From assembly GCA_028534125.1 (NCBI GenBank), contig CM052817.1, positions 30,940,001-31,004,000 of the forward strand: DNA of 64,000 nucleotides. The letters run 5' to 3'. The stretch is from Lama glama. Lineage: Eukaryota. Under the pieces are notes generated by a model. It was not told the origin of the DNA. It made no database searches and worked only from the letters and a program-made list of their open reading frames with translations. Positions 55,612 through 64,000 of the stretch are shown here, in pieces; positions within the stretch are counted from its first letter, which is position 1; every line of letters begins with the position of its first letter. The position numbers and the translations under genes were made by a program.

Positions 55612-58600
55612 GGTCTGTCCCAAGGGTTGGTAAACAACTTCTGTCCTCTTCTCTTGGTTTTTAACCCCACAGGTCCCCAGCAGCGATACTGCTGTGATTT
55701 TTTGAGGTAAGAGATTCAGCCATCCAATTGGTTTTAGGTCTTGCATATCAATTTTATTACTGCACCATGTTTACTTCAAAAAAAAAAAAAGCTCTATTTT
55801 TTTTCAGTCTACTGTGGTCCAGGTTATTGGCTCTTTCAGAGCTCTGTGAATTGCCATGTTTACAAACCCACACACGCAAAGAGAGAAATTAGATAGGTAG
55901 ATCTTTAGCAGTCCTGATTGTCCTGGATTTTATTATTTTTTAAACGAAAATGGACCTAGCTCTCTGTGTGCACTGCTTCCTGGTAAACTGTAACAATCTC
56001 ATGCTGCCAAAAAACAACACAATTTCCAGGATCTCAGAAGAAAAAACAAAGCCATTGATAAGTTACAGATTTCCAGGAAGAAGGGAAAACAAAAAGGAGC
56101 CTAGAAGAGGAAGACAGACTCCCCTCCACCCTCAAGTTGCCCCAGGTCCATCATAGAAGGGGGTCCCAGCTCCGCGGAGAAAGAGAGGGAGGCTGGCGTG
56201 TGCTGATCCAGGTTATGCAAATACAATCTGCCATCTTCACCGGCCCCTAGCCCCCCACCCCATGAACCTGGATATTTTGAAAAACGCTTCTTACTCAGAC
56301 TTCCAGGCAGATTTAATATCAACGTTAGAATCCAATCTAGTAGCCATTGGGAACATTTTACTTTCCTTACTGAGAATAGAGTATTTGGGGGACAATGAAC
56401 TTTTTTTTTTTTTTGTAACGGACTATTTCAAATGAGCAGCCCTTATTCATGTCCTTAGCCTGGACTCACTTGACTCTGTGCCATGAAGCCATGGCATCAT
56501 GTTGCCTGAGTTCACCCTTCCGAGAGATGGAGAGAAAGGGGGCTGGGGGAGGTGTGATTTGCACAAGCAGGAGGTAAGAAATTTTTGCTTGAGAAAAATA
56601 TTGCCCTTTCCATGAAGAAGGCAAGATTTATGTACTGTTGAAAGGGTGCCTGGGCAGTGACCCGAACTGCCAAATCTTCAATCAAATAGTATATATTTCT
56701 TAGCCTTCCAGAGAGCAGTTATCTAAGAGGGATGGGCTAGTTGCACAGCGCTAGTTCCTGGGCTAGCACATCCCGCCTCTGCTCTCTGAGCTCTGCGTTC
56801 CAAAATGCGAAATGAACACTTCGGGAGATGCACCTAGACCCATTTGATGTCATTCTCCATTGAGGCCAAATTTTGAGAGAAAATCTTCAAAGGAGCAAAA
56901 CCAGAGATAACAACATCACCGAGTCTTCATTTACAGCAGCCCCTAAATTGTAGAGTCTTGTCTGCAGTCAGTACTGCCTCTGCCTTATCTCTGCTGATGG
57001 ATTACTTTGGTCATCCTAGAAGGAGCATCCCTCAGTAGCTCAACACACGACTCTACACATATCCAACCAACTACAGTTGAGACTCATCTCATCTTTTTTT
57101 CATTGAAGCCTCGTTACTACTTTTTTTGTTCAGCCTGCCTGTATAAGAATTCTATACATTCATTTGCAAGGTTGAGTGAAATCCGAAGCTGACCAACCAG
57201 TCATGAAGGCAATTTGGAACCCGATCTATGGATGTGATGTAAGAGCTCAGTTCGTAATAGGGATGACTGCCTCATTTGATGATCTGGATTTCTCCCTAAG
57301 GCTGTGATGAGGGTCTGTGTTCACAATGGCATCAGCTGCTAGAAATGATCCTCTTAATTGAAAAGAGAGGGTTGATTTCCTACTGATAAACCCAAGGAGA
57401 GAGAGTTACAAGATATTATTTTAGAAAGCAAGAGGAAAAGAGAACCCCAAAAGAAACAAATGGTTATGCAATAGATAATATATGTTAGTAAGAATATAAA
57501 AACTCTGCTTTACCTGGAAAAATCATCTCATTAGTTTCATGAGAAATTAGTTAAGTATGGGGACCAAATTTTCCTTTAGGTTTTCAGTTGTATAATCATA
57601 GTTCCCTTCAAGGAACTCTCCAGTCTCTAGGGGTGGAGTGATCCACTGTGAAATTCTGATTCGTTAGTTCCTTGGCAGGGTGAGATGCTTTTCCATTGTA
57701 AAATGCCCAGAGAGAGTGGAATGTGGCCATACAAGTGACCTTCAGGTTAATATTCCCAATGCCCACCGAGGAATCACTGTGTAGCCATTTATTTTAAACG
57801 CTGGAAAGGCGATTTTGGGCAGATACCTAGGAGGAATCATTTTGACATCCAAGCTCTTTAAAAAGTTTCTAAGGATGAAGTGCTAAATCAGAAATGAAGT
57901 ATCTGTAATCTATGTTCCCGAGCAAAACAATTTTTCTTTATTTACCTGTTTAGATCATTCTTGGAAAATACTGAGTAATTTATATCTTTATTATTATCTG
58001 GCCTTAAAAGTCTGAAGAATTTGATGCTTGTGGTTTTGGATGTAAAGCATCATTGAAGAAAAAAAAATACTTTGAACTCTTATATCAACCTTCATAAACT
58101 GTAAAACTAGTAAACCTGGCACGAAATGGTGTTGCTGTGGGCCCTCCGGGATATAGATGGTCACAACCAGCATTACACAAATCCAATTAAACAGCTCTGA
58201 TTTTAGAGGCAAGAGCAGCCAGAAAAATGGAAAGGTTGACGTATTTCTAGTTAATGACCTTTGTCCCCACTTCCTTCTTCTGACACCTCCTAGCCAAATC
58301 CTCCTCTCCTTGGCCCCTACCCACTCTCCTTCCAGGCTGAACAGCACATAGAAAAAAATCCTTCCTTCTCTGCCTCTCTATCTTGTCTTGCCCAAAACGA
58401 CATACATAAAACATAAACGTCATTAGGCATCCTTCAGGGCCCTCAAACTGCTCCCCACTCCTGAAAGATTCAGATCATTACATTATAGAGGAGTTACTAC
58501 TGAACTATCATTGAGTTTTTTGTTTTGTTTTGCTTTGTTTTGTTTTAGCCATGAAAATAGCCATAATCTCCCGCATTTGAAGGGGCAGCAGACACTGAAA

Positions 58601-59210
58601 ACTGCAGGGACATATTCTCTTATGCCACACTCACGTCCAAGCGACCCCGTGTTCACAGTTTGGAAACTGTGATGTAAACTGTGTGGTAGACTTACCCTGT
58701 GTAGACCCAGCAGAAATCCCATCGTTCATTTGACAGTGATGACCACACATGCACTCCTGCCACTCATGCTCCTTGACTTAAAGCATCAGGCGCAACACTT
58801 GCATTATTACACTTAGCAGCTTTGTGAGGCAAAGACCCAGGGAAAGACATATTTGGGGCTTGAATCCTCCAGGATTGTTGCCTCCAACCTCTCCATTGCC
58901 AAATAGAAACAGCAGACTGGTGGCTGATTCTGCTGATTCAATGATATGCGTTTGCATATATACCATGTTTATTGTGCATTTCAACAAATGAAGGACCTTG
59001 AAAATGCAAAGAGAAAATGTGGTGCAGAGAATAAAGTTTGGTTTATGGATCCAAAGATAGGCTTTCCTTTAACAAGCATTATGTACAATACACAGAAATG
59101 TTGACAAAACCCCATCTTTCTAAAATCAATGACTCCTTTATAAATACTCATTAGAAAGAGCTCAATCACAATTTGCCAAGTTAAATAAACAAAAAATACA
59201 TATTTCTGAT
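55612..59210 (+). other. GABRB1: GABRB1 3' UTR (end uncertain, may extend further)
   Basis: Follows the stop codon with no recognisable interspersed repeats. First ATTAAA at 58186; first AATAAA I found at 59030 and 59184; more at 61194, 61649 and 61846. Confidence 0.55.
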
Positions 59211-62200
59211 GCTAGAAGGAAAAAAACTCCAAAATTTATTCTGTGGACAATTTTGAATAGTATTTTACAAAGGGTGATATCCCACAGTTTTTTTCCCTCA
59301 GCAAAATGTAATCATATATTTATCCCAGGAGGGAGGGTAGAGTAATGTGCAAGTATTTGTTCCCGTTGGTTCAATCGGCAGTTACTGGGATGAGGAATAC
59401 AGAGAAACAAACAAAAACATCTGTTGCTTGAAAGCAAATAGTCAACACGGAGGTAAAGTTGCTAATGGAATGTAGAATATTATGTAAACTTCCTTGTAAA
59501 TTCTGTACATAGCTCATTGAACTGTTCCCTGTTGCGTGGTGGTCCTCAGCTTTGGGAGGATGTTTGAAAAAATCTGAGCATTGTAAATACTATAAGCTTA
59601 CAAGGCACTTGCTTTTATTCATGAAGTGAACTGACCAGTGATTTGGGCCCAAACCAGAATCATTTTTAGCTCTTGCTCTTTCTCTGCCATTTTCTGTGTG
59701 CAGTCGTGTAATTCTGCCAGATGTCTGTGATCACTGCCTCATGCCCCAACCCCACTGAAAGGGAACGGAGCTGCCAAGAAGGCTGCACACCTGTGGCGCT
59801 CGGGAACAGCACACCAGCGGAGACAGGAACCCCGTAGTGAGCTGCTCCTGGAACAGTGCCGTGAAAAGTAGACGTGTTCTTATCAGCCATTCATGCCTAT
59901 TCATATACTCAGATACCGAATTATCCATGCTGTTGAAGGGGTCAGGAATGGAAGTGATGGTCAAAAGCCACAGGTAATCCAAAGCTTTATTTGCACCAAT
60001 AGCTTTAGCTTCTATCTTCTTTCTTTCTACAAGGTTTCCCAAAAGTGTTGATAGGAACAGAAATGGACAGATGGGTTTGACCAGGGTAAACAGTCAAATG
60101 TGCAAATGATGGGAAGGAGAAAAGAAAGAGATAGCAAATGACATCAGTAACACCAACTGGGTGATTCATGCCTGAAAGATCCAGAAGTAACCATGTCACT
60201 GTTTTTGAAAGGGAAAAAGAAATATTGGTATAAACGGACTGGGTATTAAAACAAGTGCTTTTCAACCGGGGGCCCAGGATATGTTTCATATGTGCTAGTT
60301 ATACTTAAAAGAGAATCTGGCCATTAAATGTTCTCAAATATATTTCTCCCAAGTCCTGGTATTCTTGAAAGAGTCTTCAGAATGGTGGCATCTTATGCCA
60401 TAAGATGTGTTTCCATGCAAACTGGCAGTCCCAGAGAAGGCGATGGTGTCTCCAGAAATTCTGATATCCAAGCAAGCAGGGACATAGATTGGTTTCTTGG
60501 CAATATTTGAAAGTGAACCATGTCTTTCCTAGAGATAAGAACTTAGTAAGGCAGGGCTTTTGTTGCCAGCATTTTAAGTGCCAGAGAGTGCAGGGAGCCA
60601 TCATTGTGAGACATTTGGGTTCCAAAATGTGCCAACTAGGGCCCACCACCAATTGAATAAGAAAAAAAAATGCCCTATTGGAACTAATCAGGTCAGTTTC
60701 TAGGTCCAGGACACATTGTGCTTTTACTTAAATTCTGCTTTTTCTACGTAACTGAAATCAACTAAACTGACAGAAAACTTAATCGTCAGAGGCTGCCATT
60801 TCACAAGCAAACATTTGAAAGGAAATCCTTTTCAATAGAAGAATTGCAAACCAGAAAATACTAAGTTCCTGGGAGGAGACGTGTAAAGAGCTTTGAGTTT
60901 GCTTTTACTTCTCCAAAGCAAGAATTTCCTTATTCAAACCGCAGAGGTCTAACCGTTGTGGGTTTTGTTTGGTTTTTCTTAATTTAAAAAGTTCTCGGTC
61001 CATCAAGGGACCGGAAACCATTCCTGATGGGCCGGTAGGTACTTTGCACGTCCTGAAGCAACCAGCACTCATCACCAAGGCTTCAGTAGGAATTCAGTGG
61101 AGGAAAAGGAGGTATCTTTCTGAACCAGTTAGGAAAGAAAACCATTCTCATGAACAGCTCTACCTATATTTTCTGTCCTGAAGACAGTGGGAAAATAAAT
61201 CCATAAAAGAGAAGCCAAATAATATTATGCATCTGCCTTAGGCACACAGGGTCACAGATTCACTAGCTTAGAACAGCCCCATCTGGAAGCCAAAAGACGA
61301 AAAAGAGCAATCAGTGTTGATGTCTGGCCCCTGTTTCTCCCTGGGTTTCCTTTGCAAGAGAAACAGGAAGGGGGAACATTTTCCAATGTAATTTTTTTAC
61401 AGGTGAAAATTATTAAAATATGGTATGTTTGTGCATTTTGCAAGCTTGGCAATAGATTACCTCTCTTGTGTTCTCTCCTTCCCAGCACCACATACTGTCC
61501 TGCCTCATGCCTTAACCCAACGAAATCAATTCATTTATTTTTCCTCTTTCTCATTTCTAAATCTCGTAAGTGGTCTTGCCCATGTATAGCTGAAAGCTTA
61601 AGCTTCTTTGGACTCATACTGTGTATCTTCAATTGAATCCACAAAAACAATAAATTCTACTAATTTCCCCAAAGTCCTACTCTTTTGCCTCTAAAAGACC
61701 TTTAGAGATAGCTTGTGTAATCACAGTAGCCTCCTCTGAACTGCTTTGGGTTTATTTTTCTTTTCTACTTTTCTGTCCCTTATATAAAGAGTATATATGT
61801 TTATCTAAACCTTCTCTCTCCCCGCCTAATTCAAAATGAAGTGGAAATAAAAAGCATTACCTCAAATCTAGGAAAATTACACTATCCACACCAAAGTTTG
61901 ATGATAAGACCATCTCCTGACATTATAACTGTTACGTGGTGAACTCACACTGTATTGATTCTTTTTCATCAAACTCATTCATTCATATGTTTCTTCCGTC
62001 TTAACTGGACACCATTTAAAAACCTATTATTATTCCTCCCAGAATGGCTTATCATTGACATGGCACACCACTAGTTACAGACTCTCATTTAGGAACTTGA
62101 CCCACTTCATCCTCTCTGGCTCTTACTCCTATTACAAATTTCCACTTCCATGTATTACTCTACCTATCCCTGCTCAACCTTCTAGTAGACATTAAACATA

Positions 62201-63329
62201 GTTAATAATTGGACAGGTCACAAGGCAAACTGTCCAAATTGCCCCTATAACATGTATAACATATAGAAAATCTTCTTCCTCCAAACAGCATTTCCATATA
62301 TAGAGAAAAGAAAGTTCTCTAAATATATTCCAAGCAGTGGGCAGCCTAAACGTACACAGTTAACTATAAATGAGCTGCATGGTGGGAAGAAGGAAATTAT
62401 AGTGGACAGAAGACACCTTGGAATTAGGCTCTCATGACCTGGCCTTTATGCTGTCACTGCCACTGCGCAGTTGTGTGACTTTGGACATAGCACCAGATGA
62501 CCTCCGAGTTCCCTTCCAGAACGGAATTTCAAAGGGCATTTTAGAGATGTCCATTTGTATAGGAGGTTACCAGAAAGATACAGGAGTCCTGTGGTCTCTG
62601 TTAACATGGCCCCACAAATTTAGTAATATTCATTGTTGCATGACTTTGGGAGTAAGCCAACCGGTGTAAAGTGAACTGAATTCAAAACTTCTTTATATCC
62701 CTTTAAAAATATACATATAGAATGCACAATTAGATTTTCAGACAAGTAGCAAAGATTTATTTTATGATTATAGTAATGGTCTACATTGCAATATTTCCCT
62801 TTAAGAGCACTGGAGAGTCTCAGATAACATAAATCAGCATGGGCTCTAGTTTTATCTCTGGAAGATGTGGATGGCTTAGACCACCCTCTCTGACTCAGTC
62901 AGGAACGGCCATGAAATGCTCCCCCTGAGTAGAAAAGCCAACTTTTAGCAGCCTCCCAGCAGAAATGCTGTTGCAGTGCCCTTCAATGTTCCTTCCCATC
63001 CTAGACGCCATCACTGTCCTGTGTCTGGGAAGGGCAAGAGCAGACAGAGTTGAGCTCTCAGGCAAGAAGCAGCCTCCCATCTAGCTGGGAAAGATTCCAG
63101 GCCTTTAGAACCTCTGTTATCCACTCTCCTTGCCCCACTTCTCCCACCTCCCCCCATCCCTACTCAACTAGTTAAATCTGCCAAATGTTTTAGGCACAGC
63201 CATGATAAAACTGGAAGTTTACTTATTAAATGGCTGCCCAATGCCTGGGGGTAAAAAGAGAGGTGGAGAATGGTTTTTTGGTAGATATCCAACGATGACT
63301 GTCACACTTTGGTTTCAGGCATTGGAAAA

Positions 63330-63500
63330 CACTTTCCTACACGATTTCATGATTTGACCTTCACCACAATGCTGTGAAGTTATGATGACAATACCACTAT
63401 CTGGAAATAGAGGCTCCAATAAGTTAAATGATTTACCCAAGATCTGATAACTGGTTATTATGGTGTTAGTATTCGGTCCCACTTTTCCTTGGCTCCAAAG
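63330..63500 (-). mobile_element. MIR SINE
   Basis: ttcaccacaatgctgtgaagt...gaaatagaggctccaataagttaaatgatttacccaagatc. Confidence 0.7.
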
Positions 63501-64000
63501 GCAAAGCTTTTTCCTTCCATGACACTTCCTGGATTTAATCTTTTTACCTTGATGATTCAGGTTTTGAGTAGTCCAAAGATGCATGTAGAGTAGCAGGCAA
63601 GAGAGTAATTTCCTCTCTAGACAGCTAGATACTACGGCCAGTGAACATTCTTAGTCTTGGCTTTTTTTTTTTTTTTTAACTTTTCTGCCATCCTTCACTC
63701 ATCCCCCACACAAAAGTCTTTCATTATTCTCTTGAGGGAAGTGTAGAAGGAATAGCCTTTGCAACAACTAAATAAACTGAAGCATGCCCCAGTTCTTTTT
63801 AGAAAACATTATTGTTAGGGGCTTATGTGGCCCAGTTTACCTGAGATAGTGCCAGGGTGTAATTATCACTAGAGCCACCTTTCACTCTCAAAATTGTTCA
63901 TTTAAATAATAAACTATATAGTCATACTTATTATGGGACCTCATAATTCCCAAACCAAGAGGCTATGGGAAATATTAATAAGTTAATATTAACACTTTGG

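Noticed and set aside
61000..64000. Exons of a downstream neighbouring gene (COMMD8 in human synteny)
   Set aside because: No recognisable coding exons on either strand here.

Overview
Mammalian genomic DNA, not prokaryotic. The window holds the 3' end of GABRB1 (GABA-A receptor beta-1 subunit) on the + strand. Four coding exons have canonical AG/GT boundaries and matching phases: 36652-36789, 36890-37042, 39989-40233 and 55267-55611 (TAA). They correspond to exons 6-9 in human numbering. The paralogue is identified by TM2 Ser in TTISTHLRE, the RRRASQLK motif and the ...WLYYVH C-terminus. Positions 1-36651 are distal intron 5, rich in old eutherian repeats (L1M, L2, MIR, MLT/ERVL LTRs, MER20), with a 500-N assembly gap at 27413-27912. 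A tRNA-Ala-derived SINE, a cetartiodactyl-type L1 3' end and two ERV1 solo LTRs suggest a camelid genome (inference; I recognised no Bov-tA, BovB, PRE-1 or Alu). After the stop codon there is a long repeat-poor stretch, probably an extended 3' UTR. I see no convincing previously undescribed biological system. The best leads are modest: a splice acceptor/donor pair just after the stop codon, a CpG-dense last exon next to a GATA array, a weak donor on a 100-nt intron, a Pol III-competent-looking SINE, and several local duplications. Repeat family names come from recognition by eye, not a database search. Almost all other ORFs in the track are noise.
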